Positions 10,446 through 23,480 of a stretch of 64,000 nt of DNA are shown one piece after another. Made by a program: the position numbers and the translations under genes. This DNA is from Rhina ancylostomus (Eukaryota): NCBI GenBank assembly GCA_030265395.1, contig JARFYF010000017.1, forward strand, positions 19,402,768 through 19,466,767, read 5' to 3'. How positions within the stretch are numbered: the stretch's first letter is position 1; every line of letters begins with the position of its first letter. Under the pieces are notes generated by a model. The model did no database searches. It had not been told where the DNA came from and saw only the letters and a program-made list of their open reading frames with translations.

Positions 10446-13400
10446 AAATGATTGAGATAATACAAACAGCGAAGATAAATTGAGAACATTCAATAGTCAG
10501 CAACAGCAACTTCACTTCAAAGTAATTTATTGGTCATTGAAATCTTTTGGCAGTTCCTCAGAAGGCAAAATTCACTATTCAAATTAAAATAATATTCTAG
10601 CAAACTTCTGTACATCCCAAGAAGTAGAGAAAGGCTTCTTCCATTTGTTAGTTCTGATGGTAAGTTCCTGGTTCCAAAGTTCCAGATTGCAAAACCTGTC
10701 ACATTGCAGTCACATGTCACAGTAAAAAGTAGATTATTAACACCATTTTATTCTATTCCAAAGTCAGTGACTTATAGATGAGAATGTTTCCATGAACACC
10801 ATCATCAGCCATCTCAAGTGGAACCCTTCATGAATGCATTAATACAATGATTGTCAACAACTGTTGACTGTAGGAGAAGCCCTTTACAACTAAACTAACC
10901 CCAATCTTAACCCAATGTGTACTCTGTATTTTTCAGCATGGGTAGCTCGTGTATTTCCCTTTTCTTTCCATTTCCCACACCAGCTGATCTGGAGAGCTTT
11001 GTTCTGCTGGCCATCATCCACAAGAGGCAGAGTCTGTCTAAATGCACCTCACATTGCTCCTCTAAAGCCATCAGAAAAATGACATTTTTATCCTATTAGT
11101 CTGTTCTGGATTTGAAACCAAGCCCCAGAGCTGAACGTGCTGCAAAGTAACCCACTGCACCACCCTGTCCCCATAGACTATCATGTTTAACTGAATCAAT
11201 TTGATTCAGACTAGATGGTGCACTAAACACGTCAACCTGACAAATAGAGTCATCTTTATCCACTTAGTTACAAAATCATCATAAATCATTGCTTTACCCA
11301 GCATTCCAGCCAGGATTTCGTAATGACTGTACTGTCTGTGTTTCAACTTGACTGAGATAAAGAAAACGATCAAAAGTGGAAGAACAATAGTTTATTTGTA
11401 ATTTCTACATGAAGCCTGGTATATTCACACTCTGCTATCAGGGCATCCATTTCATGATGTGTGACCAATTACCCGACGCCTGGCCCTTAAAGATGCAGGA
11501 GAGGACATATTGCTAAGCAATCTCTACATAGTATACTGTATGTCAGCATGGACAGGTGTTCAGACCATATCCACAAGTTACTTACTAAAGTAATGAACTG
11601 TTTTTGAAAAAGAACAAGGAAAAAATGGATACTGAGCCTTAAGTACAACTTAGCAGGAATGAACACGATCAGTATAGACAGGGAAATAAGTTTCTATTGT
11701 GTTAATAGATGTTTGCAAAGGTAATATTGACTTTACCAGGATTTTCCTACCAAGTGTAATTGCTTCAACCATGCAGCAGAAATCAAGCTGCCATTGCAGG
11801 TTGTTGTCGAAACATGGCTCTGGTCAGAATTAAGTATAAGTTAACACACTTTCTTTTAGATTAAAATTAAATTTTGCCTTCTGGTATCAAAATGGAATAT
11901 ATTCAAAAAATATTTGATCAAAATAAAAGGATGGGAGCGGGTGAGGGAGTAAAAATAGCACTTTCATTCAGAATCCCTCCTCGCTTTGTTAGGTGAATCT
12001 TTTTTCTCGTGCATTCCAAGTATGGATTTAGTCATGCCAAAAATGGCTCAGACTTCAAAGTAATGTTTGTTGGTCAGGGCATTATTAATATGCTGATCAT
12101 GGACACACATGAAGGGAAGGCTGCTCAATGCAAAAACCGTGTTATTGTTAAATATGTTCAGTGATTTATATCTCCGTGCTTAATGGGATATTTAGAACAG
12201 TTAGTGGAAAGCTGGGTCCTTTCCGTTTGATTTTCTCACCACCAGTCAGTAATTATCATGTTCTTGCACTATCTATGGAATGCTTGAAAGGTCAAATGTC
12301 AATAGAATCCAGCTTTAGAAGGAAATAAAGCAAGCACTGTTATTAGATACATCTTTGCTGACTGTATTCAGGCAGGCCAAAATTAACACACACAAAAAAA
12401 ATCAAAATTGCATGCTTACGCATGTTGTGGCCTGTACAAAACACAGTGCAAGGAAAAAGAGCCTACTGTGTAACTTAATGATGAGGCAGAGCTGATTATA
12501 TTTAAAAAGTACAGAATGCCTCACATAAGAAACCAAGTCCCTCTCAAGCATTCCAACCTCACTTACATATGTTATTTGAAGGAGTAGCGAGGAATTTATA
12601 AAGCATAACAGAGAACAAGGTTGTTATTTTCCCATAACTGTGAAAATCATAACTCAAGAGTCACTTTAAAAAAAAATCCCTGAGAACTTTAGACAATCAC
12701 ATTGACATTTGACATCAATGGGCAGAGGCAGAGGAAGGGAAAGCTTTAGGACGACTGTCAGTGACCCGGAGTCCCGTATGGCTCACCCCAGCTCCCCAAC
12801 ATGTGTTTCTCATTTCCTTGCTTATAGCAAGCCTGGGCTAATGATATGTGGCTTGGCAGGAGGCCCATGCTGGCACGCTGCCTGCCTTGTTTCTCATTGT
12901 TCAGTCTACTTACTGAAGCTCTCTTTAGGACTGGTTTATAGAATAGTAAACATTTAAGACGCTTTGTGAATCTGCATGTACGCATCTTCATGTGAATGGA
13001 TCCAACACACCCAGACAATAAGGCATGAAAAGACTGCCTGTGGGTGATAGTTAACTTTAAACACAAAGCAGTGGAAATTAAAACAAATCTGCCATTAGTG
13101 CTGTCCACTGTAAACATTGCACTGTGTACATATTCTGAGGGATAGTGGCATGGGAAAGTTTTGCCCAGTGTTTTTGATCCATTAGATGAAACAGCTCCTT
13201 ATAAAGCATGGGAAGGAACAACTGACACAAGGAAGAAGGATGCTGGGGCATTTAATTTGGCAAGTTCCTCTAGGGATTATGGTAGACTTAGAACCGTCAT
13301 AACACAGCCTCTGCTCTGTATAACTTTTATTTTTGGTATGTGTCTGGCAAGCTTTTATCAAATGTTTCTTATTCAGTTCCTGCTGTAAACTTTACAGCCA

Positions 13401-14859
13401 TGTGATCTTACTGTGTTCAGACTAAATCAAGATGGTCCATGTGCCAAATAACGCAGACACTTTCACCCGAGGGGGACTGGTGATGAGGGGGCGGGGTCCA
13501 TGGGATAAGGACTTTGGGTACAAACACAACATGTTTTCCCTTCCTGTAGATGGGGGCACCACTGTTCTATTAATAATTCATTGATCTCCGTTCCATGAGA
13601 TAAGTCAGTTCAGAGTAACACACAAATGCAGGTCATGGTTCATTGTCCCCTGTGAAGCAGCTGTGGAGGCAAACAACCAACTGCAGCAATAAGTGCTCTC
13701 CTTCAGTTTTAAGAGAGGTAGCCATATATTGCTAGTGGTGTATGGGTAGATGACAATAAAAGTACTTGGCTTATATCATGTACTGGTGGATTTTTTTTAA
13801 ATGAGATTACTTTATTATTTGAGTATGGCTTTGCTGGTTTGTCATTGCATCAATCCCTCCNNNNNNNNNNNNNNNNNNNNNNNNNNNNNNNNNNNNNNNN
13901 NNNNNNNNNNNNNNNNNNNNNNNNNNNNNNNNNNNNNNNNNNNNNNNNNNNNNNNNNNNNNNNNNNNNNNNNNNNNNNNNNNNNNNNNNNNNNNNNNNNN
14001 NNNNNNNNNNNNNNNNNNNNNNNNNNNNNNNNNNNNNNNNNNNNNNNNNNNNNNNNNNNNNNNNNNNNNNNNNNNNNNNNNNNNNNNNNNNNNNNNNNNN
14101 NNNNNNNNNNNNNNNNNNNNNNNNNNNNNNNNNNNNNNNNNNNNNNNNNNNNCTGTTCCATAACCAATTATGAATAGCATAATATCTTGTCTGGGACAGG
14201 TTATGAATGGCAATGCTATCTGGCAAGTTTAGTCACAGGTTTCATCTGCTGTTCATGAACCCAGTCCAGAGAATAATTTGTCCCTTCAGAATTATCCATT
14301 ACTCTTGAGAACAGAGGAAGAGGCAATGTGAAACACCTGCCACTCATGAGAAGCCTATTCTGTCATGTTGTCTCTTGGGGTAATTTTCCTCCACAGCTTT
14401 CTTCTCTCCAGGCCAACAGCACTGAACAGCACCTCCCATTGACATGAGGCACATTACACTCACCAGCACCAGACACTAAACAGACTGGCCTGTGAAAGGT
14501 CGGCACTATAACCGTATCGTCTTAAGGTGTCAATCATTAGCCATCATTGAAAAGAAATATACATAGAAAATAAGTAAAGCCACAGTCCCATTAACACTTG
14601 TTGTCTAGTCCTGTGTTCTGGTCTTTTCAGGATCTTGAGGCAACAATTTAAATATGTTACCAGTTGAGTTAAAGTAGCTCATCCCCATTATGTATTAATG
14701 CTTTTGGCCCAAGATAAGTTTCTTCAAAATTTACTATAAAATCTTGTATTTACTTTTATCTTATCCTAAGACATAAATAGTAATGATGTGGATTTATTCT
14801 TCTGGAAACTAAGCCATTGCAAGGAAAAAAAGTCTCCATGCATCTCTAGTTCAAGAACA

Positions 14860-14945
14860 AAATACTGTGAATATGAAACAGAAAATGCTGGAAATTGTCA
14901 GCAGATCAGACAGTATCTGTGGAGAGAGAAACATAGTTAAGATTT
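14860..14945. mobile_element. Penelope-derived terminal fragment (single arm)
   Basis: 'aacagaaaatgctggaaattgtcagcagatcagacagtatctgtggagagagaaacatagttaa' shares the arm motif seen at 20030, 22850 and 56210. Confidence 0.65.
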
Positions 14946-15596
14946 CATCTCCAGCATTACCCAAGTGTCATATTGGCTCATTTGGTAAGATTCTCATTTC
15001 TGAGTTGGTAGATTGTCAAATTGCTATCCAGTCTGACACATGCAATACCAAGGTGGTGCCCCACCGTAGCAGAATTTCCACATCCACTGTTCTTACTAAT
15101 CTTTTTAAATCTCCAAGTGCCACACGCATAGACAGACTACTGAATTTAAAAATATCTCATTGTACTCCATAAATTACATTTAAGTCTGTGGTTTTTGGTG
15201 TGTTTTTTGTGTGCCGTAGTGAAAGAAAATAGGTTTAATGCTTTGCGTTTGACTTGACCTTCAGCGGCACTGAATTTAAGAATTACATTCACAAAGTTAA
15301 CATGTTTGGGAATTGACCAAAGTGCTTTTGGTGGTGCAGAATTTATTAAAGGCCTTTGCACTAAAACCGGTCAAGTTTCTCTTTATCAAATGGCATCTGC
15401 TATCTGATTACAGGCAGTTTATGTATCTGGAATCTGTGATATTGTCAAATGGTTGTATTGCCCTGTCCCTTAAGGAGAAATAAAAGAAGAAAATGGTCCT
15501 ACAAAAAATAGCTAACCCGTGTTTTTATTGCATCTGCTGCCACCTTGCCACTGATTGCTGTTGCTAACACCTGGAAAGAATTCTTGTTTTGCTCAG

Positions 15597-15642
15597 GTGA
15601 ACGAGCTGATGGGAGAGTTTATATTCTTTAATGCAACAAGAA
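15597..15642 (+). other. Candidate 46-bp exon
   Basis: Branch-like CTAAC at 15564-15568, pyrimidine tract 'ttcttgttttgctcag|', donor 'AA|gtaagt'. One frame is open (VNELMGEFIFFNATR). I recognise no homology. Confidence 0.3.
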
Positions 15643-16483
15643 GTAAGTACTTTCTGATTAGGAATGGCCACAACAAGGAGGATATATACAATGTACTCAG
15701 TTTATTTTAGAGGCATAAACACAACCCTTGTTTTACACGAGTGAACAGAGAATATGATAACTGGCATATGTGACTTTAGAAATAATTCCGTAACATGTGC
15801 ATTGCTCCTTGAAAGTAAAAGAAAAATTGCTGTTAGCTAATTAGAGCACTTCAGACTGGATGGCTGAGTTAGGGCTGTCCCTCTGATCCCCTGAAAGAGC
15901 TGTGTAATTCATTGGCGCCTATGGTGCTTGTGAGATGTGAGTATTTTGCACGGGTGAGATTAGAAGAGGGGCTTTGCTTAGGTCAGGGTCAGGGAGTATT
16001 TTCAGGGCAATATCAGGGAAAGCCTGTACTGTAATAAATCACCTTAGCTCCACTGTCCTCACCTTGCCGAGCAGAGTCGAGGCCAAGAAACATGGAAAAA
16101 CTGCAACAGCCGTGATGAAATTTGAACTTCCCATGCCATTTCAGATGAGTTAAGCACAGACTGCATTTTTAACAAGTCTTATCTAATCACATTGACACAA
16201 TGCCACAGTTTGTCTGGTGCCCAGTTAGGGTAAAGGCCTGATGATGATAATATTGCCAGGTACAAACAGTACTCTGCAAGAGGGAAAGATTCTACACACA
16301 AATTAACCTGCTTTAAATAGGAGCCTAACCAAAACTTAACATTGTTCTGATGTCTGATCCATAGGCAAAATTCACATTGTTAGACATCAGTAAGTAAGAG
16401 GTCAGAAATAACTTTTAAACAAGCTTATTTTGCAATGAGTTTGACCTGAAATATAACATTTAACTAATTTAATTACGTACTTA

Positions 16484-17181
16484 CAGTGTGAGGTAATGCA
16501 CTTGGGAAAGTCAAATTCTGGTGGGACATGTAGGTATAATGGCAGGGACCTTGGGAACATTGACGTACAGAGGGATCTTGGAGTACAAGTCCATAGCTGC
16601 CTGACAGTAGCAACACAGATGAAGAGGATAATGAAAAAGACATTTGGTGTGCTTGCCTTCATAGGTCAAAACTTTGAGTCTTAGAGTTGGGATGTTCTGT
16701 TGCAGCTGTACTAAACATTGGTTAGACTGCAGTTGTTCATAATTCTGGTTGCCACAATACAGGAGGGATTTGGTAGTAAATGAGAGAGTCTAGAAGAAAT
16801 TCACCAGGATGTTGCCTGCAGTGGAAGGCTATAATTATAAGGAGAAACTGGATAGGCTGGGTCTATTCTCAGTGGAATGTAGGTGGCTAAGGGATGACCT
16901 TACATAGGTTTACAAAATTATGAGAGGCATAGATAGAATACAGAGGCAGAAACTTTTTCCAGGGCAGAGAATATACAACCAGAGGGCACAGGTTAGATAA
17001 GAGGGGAGAAATTTAAAAGAGATCTGAGGGATGAGTTTTCCACAGAGAGGATGGCGAGTATCTGAAAGGAGCTGCCGGAGTAGATGATGGAGGCAGGTAA
17101 GATTACAACAGTTAAAGGGCGTTTGGACAGATACTCGGATAGGGAAGGCTTAAAGAGATAAAGGCCTAATGCAGGAAAATG
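16484..17181 (+). mobile_element. CR1 LINE 3' region (ORF2 C-terminus and 3'UTR), running into a gap
   Basis: ORF 16496-16684 MHLGKSN...VQRDLGVQVHSCLTVATQ...KKTFGVLAFI is the typical CR1 post-RT segment, followed by 'ttcaccaggatgttgcctg...tatgagaggcatagatag'. Confidence 0.9.
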
Positions 17182-19524
17182 NNNNNNNNNNNNNNNNNNN
17201 NNNNNNNNNNNNNNNNNNNNNNNNNNNNNNNNNNNNNNNNNNNNNNNNNNNNNNNNNNNNNNNNNNNNNNNNNNNNNNNNNNNNNNNNNNNNNNNNNNNN
17301 NNNNNNNNNNNNNNNNNNNNNNNNNNNNNNNNNNNNNNNNNNNNNNNNNNNNNNNNNNNNNNNNNNNNNNNNNNNNNNNNNNNNNNNNNNNNNNNNNNNN
17401 NNNNNNNNNNNNNNNNNNNNNNNNNNNNNTTTTATGCAATTAATTTACTAATGCACAATTCAAATGAGATGGACCTCATCAGGTCAACTTCTATTTCAAT
17501 TATTTGGTTTTTTTTATAAAGAAGGTAAACTCTTCTAGGTTTCAGAGAGAATACTTCCTTCTGACCCAATTTTTAGACCAAGACTGTTGGGAGTAGACCC
17601 AACACTCGAAGATGGAAGATGGAGCTTAGAGGTTTTCTGGCCTAGTTTACATATTTGAGTGAGCTGATAGCACTGGTAAGGTCTCCACTGGCCAAGGGAA
17701 CACTTTGGTTTGGAGCTAAACTCTTCTCTGGCATGGCTCTTTAAATAAATCCTGGAAGGACTGTGGGAGAGATCTGATTGCATCGTCAGGTATGTGTGGA
17801 TCTGGCTAAAGAAATCTGGCTCCAGTTTAAAAATAAAGTACCTACCTTTTCAGTGTTGGCCCTATCCACATCCAGAAAATGAAGCAATTATGTCTGAGGC
17901 AGCCCACTTTCTGGAAAAGTTCAATACCATGTTAACCAAATTAACATGTAGAAGGGGCCTAATGCCTGCTTTAGGTGGCTACCCCGAGGACCTGAAAAGA
18001 ACCAGTTCAATTTTTCCAACACTGCTTGACATCCAGGATGCTGCCTACCACACACCCACCTAAACCTCCACTCACCCTGAAGTTAATCCTCCTTGTCCTC
18101 CCCTTATGCCTGTAAAATAGGTACATCTGGGACAAATTTCAACCCCCCCAAGTTTGTTAATGAAAGATAAAAATTATTTGGACAGCAATCCACATTTTAA
18201 AACTGGCCTTCTGCTTCATTTCCATTATATACATTGCATTTGCAACCCAGAGGGACCCACACCGCTGGCAAAGCCCATACATAATCCCTTTCTATCAGCA
18301 CCCAGTAGGACCATTTTGGCAGCAGCACTAAATTGAAGGAGATTTAAAACATGCTGGTAAAATATGAGGCCTAATAGCCCTAAAAATTGGCAAACTGAAA
18401 TCTCACTTGTGAAAGGATCAAAAGATACCACTGCCTCTCTGACTGCAGTGTAGGATAAACCTAATGCTAGTGAAGCTAATCAGCTGCTGATCCCATGGAA
18501 AATCCAGTGACAGCTGCTAAACCTAAGCGAAACAGCCTTTATGCCCTTCAATAACCTAACCTGGTACTGGGTGTGTGAATAATCAGATCTTTTTGGATTG
18601 GCAGTGGATGTGTGAATAGTCAGATTGATCAGATTAGATTTGGATATCCAGTGAAATAATTGGAACCCAAACACAATCGCTTGTCTGGCTAGTCTGAGTG
18701 TAAAAGGAAGGTCGTCTAGTGTCAGATTAAACTGCTGCAGTGTCAAGAAACACAAATGTCGATTAAAGAGAACATAAGCGTTTTGTCAGAACTTTACAGC
18801 AGCCACAGGGACACCTGCAGATCAATGTGAAAGTGAAAGAATGCAATTCTTTTCGAAAATGATTTCATGGTTCCGATTGCTCAAACTGTTGGAATTCCCA
18901 TCAAGATAACTGTAATATTTTTCCTGAAGTCCACTGTTATCTTCAGTTATTTAAAGGACCAAAGGATGAGGCAAAGTACTGTATCTCAGGAATGGGAGAA
19001 GGCAACCAATTTGGCAGTGGTTGACCCCACAGTGATGAAATTGTCCTTCACCACATGAATGTTACACATTCAGAATAATTAAAACCAGAGTCTTCTACAG
19101 AGAAACTGCTGATCATCTCGATGGATGAATTTCCTTAATCACTTGATCTGGGTTTCCATTTATGTGGCCTGCTGATTACTGCGTAGTAACAACATTTCTT
19201 CCAAATAATCATTACACTATCCCAACCAAGACAGCTCCTTTACAATCCCAGGGCTAATATCATGGACTCATACTGGTAAAACATGGTTCCATGAACTAGG
19301 AAAAAAGAAGCATGCCAGTGTGAATTGAGGGTGGAGAATGGGAAGATTGCTACACTAACAAGGAGTGTGGGTGGACTGGACAGAAAAGAAAGTGAGTATG
19401 AACTGAAAGGATTGGACTGACATGCCAAAATGAAGTAGGTGTGAAGTGTATAAGTGAGGGTGTGATCAGGAGAAAAGTCACTGTGACGAACACCCAAACA
19501 ACATAACAATATGATTTAACATAA

Positions 19525-19865
19525 AAAGCTACTTGCATTTATATAGCACCCTTAACATAATAACCCTTCCCATAGTTCTTCCCAGGAATGTTACAGAATT
19601 TTAGTGCCATTGTAGCACAGAAAGGCCATTCAATTTTCACACTGAGCTACATAAGGAGATATTAGGGAAGCCAACCAATATTAAGTCTTGGAGTGTGGTT
19701 TTAAGAAGAGTTAAAGGATACCAGAGAGAAGGAGAGGCAGAGAGGTTTAAGGAGGGAATCCAGAATTTAGACCTCAGGCAGTTGTAGATTTAACCATCGA
19801 TACCAGAACAATTAAAATAGGGGATGTGTAAGAGGCCAGAAATGGAGGAGCCGAGGGATTGCTAG
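19525..19865 (-). mobile_element. L2 LINE 3' end
   Basis: Begins 'acttgcatttatatagcaccc' (reverse complement gggtgctatataaatgcaagt, an L2-type terminus). A similar copy lies at 52.6-53.0 kb. Confidence 0.65.
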
Positions 19866-20024
19866 CAGCACATACAAATCCATAAATGCAATATGTAAAT
19901 CAACAGCAAAGCTTCAGGAAAGTAACTTGAATTTTCAAAGCAATCTTCTTCTCTACAGCTAGAGGAATGCTGGGCTTTTACCTCACCGCATGGTCAGAGC
20001 AACCTGTCCGTAAACTAATTCACA

Positions 20025-21060
20025 AACAAAAACAGAAAGTGCTGGAAATACTCAGCAGGTCAGTCATCACCTGTATAGAGAGAAAGTCAAAGTTCACACT
20101 TCAGGTTGAGCAACTTTCATCAGAACCAGGAAAGGTCGAAAAGAAGCAAGTTCCATCATGGGTACAGCTCTCCCCACCATAGAGGACATCTCCAAGAGGC
20201 AATGTCTCAGGAAGCTAATATCAATCATTAAGACACCCACCATCCGGCCATGACTTCTTCTCATTGCTGCCATCAGGCAGGAGGTACAGGAGCCTGCAGA
20301 CCCACACCNNNNNNNNNNTGCCATCAGATTCTTGAACTGACCTGGAAAACCCTCATTCTACCTCAGACAATATTCCCCTCAACCTGCACTAATGTCATTA
20401 TGTTTATTTTTGTTTATTTTGTCATGCAAGTTATGTATAATTTATGTTGATTTAAGTTCATGTAATTTATGTTTGTAATGTATACTGCTGCTGGTGCAAA
20501 AAGCTAATTTTCATGGCAATTATACCCTGGGTATGTATGCCCATGACAATAAAATTGAACTTGAAACTTGAGTTTTAAATTGCGGAGAAGGGAAAGGAAT
20601 GAAGAGAAATGTTTATGATAGGGTGGAGACCAAGGGAAACTGAATGACACAAATGGTGTTGGTGTGAGCTGAGAGAGGCTAATTAATCATTGCTGATGTG
20701 TCTGGGGTGGGTGGGAGAATGCAGGGGNNNNNNNNNNTGTAATTAGAGGAACATGAATGAGGATGGAGGAAAGAGAACAAAACAGCAGTGAGATACAGAA
20801 CACAGCAGTTGCTATGGAATATGAAGGAGCAACTTGAAATTTTTCAGCAGCTCAGCAGTGTCTGTGGAGAGAGAAAAACAGAGTTAAAGTTATGCCAATT
20901 GTGATATAAACTGGAAACATTAGTGATCTGAAATTGTTGAATTCATTGTTGAGTGCTGGGGGGTGTAGTGTGCCTAGATGGAACAAGTGTGGGGCATTGT
21001 TGGAACAGCCCAGACTCAGAGAGGTTGGACTAGGAGTGGGATGGAGAATTAAATTCAAGT
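20025..21060 (-). mobile_element. Penelope-like element 3' part (GIY-YIG C-terminus and pLTR), interrupted by a Rex1/Babar insertion
   Basis: ORF 20852-21058(-) HLFHLGTLHPPALNNEFNNFR resembles the PLE endonuclease end (HLIFRLGTLQP.GLNIEF.NF). A pLTR arm lies at 20025-20150. Confidence 0.7.
20148..20570 (+). mobile_element. Rex1/Babar-type LINE 3' end
   Basis: 'ctccccaccatagaggacatc...cccaccatccggccatg...ctgccatcaggcaggaggtacaggagcctg' (HPG H..F..LPSGRRYRSL motif). It ends in AATAAA plus a short (aacttg)n tail. Confidence 0.8.
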
Positions 21061-22485
21061 CTGTCTTGTCAGCCTAATTGAAATAGTCGCTAGTTTTCTA
21101 CATTGCTGCATTAGAAATGCTACCTTGAGCAGCTAATGCCATGAGAGGGTTGATCACAGAACTGTAAGTAATTCCTGAATCACAACTTTAAATTGTCTAA
21201 CCTTCTTTCATTAATTCCCAAAGACGCCCGATCTTCCAGAACTAAAAGCCAGTCAGAGTTAACTGTCCAAGCCCTCTGTGTCTTCCGTTTTCAATTTATC
21301 TGCAACAGATAAATTAAACTCTGCCTGTCTTGTCTGCTTTTTTAAGGCACAGTTTCAGTGAGTCATAAATGTAGAGGCAATATGAACAGGCTGGCTGCAT
21401 TCAAGCCAAGTATTATGTGAAAATGATGTATTGATTCTTGTTGTAGCTTCTATATTCCATTTACTTGTTTGTGCTGTACTTACAGTTTGATCAACACTGT
21501 ATGCTAAATAGGACTCCTCACTGACCCACAGCCAATTTTGTTGAGGGAAATAAACAGCCATATCTCTTTCCATAGACTGTGTTATTGATGTTTATGTTTC
21601 ATTTTTCAGTACTTGTATCAATGCAAAGATTACGATATAGGGAGCTAAGATCTGATGGTGCAATCAATTCAGGCAATAGCTTGAGGCTACCTGTAGGAGG
21701 TAGTGCCACAGCATTTACAACAAGCACATTAAAATATATATCTTTTTCCATTCTTATGTAAATCATCAATGATTGAGATCTTCAGCTGGTTCTGTATTGC
21801 ATTATTGAGTACAGTGGGCACCAGTTCAAATCCAAAAGGGCCAGTGCTTTCAGGGTAACCATGCCCATTACCAATTATGTATTTGGCTGCCTCCAGGATG
21901 AATGGAACCTGAGAGATTTGCAGCATCTCACAGTTTGTCTATTAACTGACTCCCTGTCTATTCAAAGTGAGCTGACTGCAGCTTTGCAGCTTTGTGAGAG
22001 TTATGGGTTTCCCCATGATGCAGGGTCCCTTTGGCCATATGCACATCACTTTGCACATCAGCTCTGGATCCACCATAACCTGCACTCCCTCAGGTTACAC
22101 CAGCCAGCATGTGGCCATGAGTGGATCACATGAATCAATTCCTGGTGTCCTGGCAGCAATTGATACTTTTATTCTGCTCTTGAGCAATTAGAGCAAGGCC
22201 AAGGGTTATTAGGGTCCTGTATGGACATCAAGGCTGTTGATTGTAGAATCTAGTCCCTGTACATGAGGTCAATGTACATAGAATCAAGCATGGAATGTGG
22301 TGGACAGTCCAAAGGAATGCTGAATGATCTCAGTCCACATATAGACTGCTCTGGAAATGCCTTCCAGTACACAACAGCAGAGGTGATGAGAAGCATGCTG
22401 CAAAATCTTAGGGAGCATCCTAGAACTGATGTGCAAAGTGGTCAATGGGACCCTGCAGCATGGCAATGCAAAGTTCTGGTGATTA

Positions 22486-23480
22486 CAGTGGAATGTGGGG
22501 AAATGTAAAATTGTCTATTTTGGCAGGAAAAACTGTAAAAAGAAGCATATTATTTAAATGCTGAGAGATTACAGAGTTATAGAATGCAGATGGATCTCTG
22601 TGTCCTGGTGTATGATTCACAAAAGGCTAGTGAGCAGGTCCAAGAAGTAATTAGGAAAGCTAACAGAATGTTATCATGTATTGTGGGAGGAATTGAATAT
22701 AAAGGTAGGGAGGTTATACTTAGGTACATAGGGCATTGGTGAGACTATATCTGAAGAATTGTGTACCATGTTTCTTTCTTTATTTAAAGAATATAAATGC
22801 ATTGGTATCAATTTAAAGAAGGTTTACTGGGTTAACGTCAGAACAGACAATTCTGGAAATTCTCAGCAGGTCAGGCAGCATCAATGCAGAGGGAAACACA
22901 GTTAAAACTTTTAGGCTGAAGATTTTTGATCTGAACTGGAAAAGTGAGAAAACATATTAGTTTCAAGCTGCCCCCAACCTTCTGTTGCAGCCTTCTACCT
23001 GACCTGCTGAGGTTCTAGTGTTCTCTGTTTTCTTTCAGATTTCCAGCATCTGCAGCTTTTTTTTTTGGATTTTACTTTACAAAATTGATGTCTGGAATTT
23101 CTTATGAGGAAAGGTTGGACAGGAGCTGAGAGATATTGGAACAGCCTTGACAGGGTGAATGTAGAGAGAATGTTTCCTCTTGTGGGAGAATCCTGGACTA
23201 GGGGTCACTCTGTAACAGCAAGTGGTCCTCATCAGAGACTGAGATGAGGCAATTTCTGTTTTGTTAGAGTTGCGAAGTTCTCACTTCCCCAAAGAGCAGC
23301 GGAGGCAGAATCTTTGGATATTTTTCAGGGAGAGGTAGATACCTTCTTGATAAGCAAGAGGATGAAAGATCACTGCACGGGAATGCTGAGATGATGTTAT
23401 AATCAAATCAGCCATGATTTTAATGAATGGTGGAGCAGGTTCAAGGAGCCAAGTAGCCCATACCTGTTCCTAATCTGTGT
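22486..23480 (+). mobile_element. Decayed CR1 LINE 3' region with a nested Penelope hairpin
   Basis: 'aatgtggggaaatgtaaaattgtctattttggcagg' ... 'atcagccatgattttaatgaatggtggagcaggttcaaggagccaag..cctgttccta' (CR1 3'UTR terminus). Confidence 0.8.
22843..23062. mobile_element. Penelope-derived hairpin element
   Basis: 'ctcagcaggtcaggcagcatc' (about 22862) and the inverted 'cctgacctgctgag...ttcagatttccagcatctgcag' (about 23000-23055). Confidence 0.75.
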
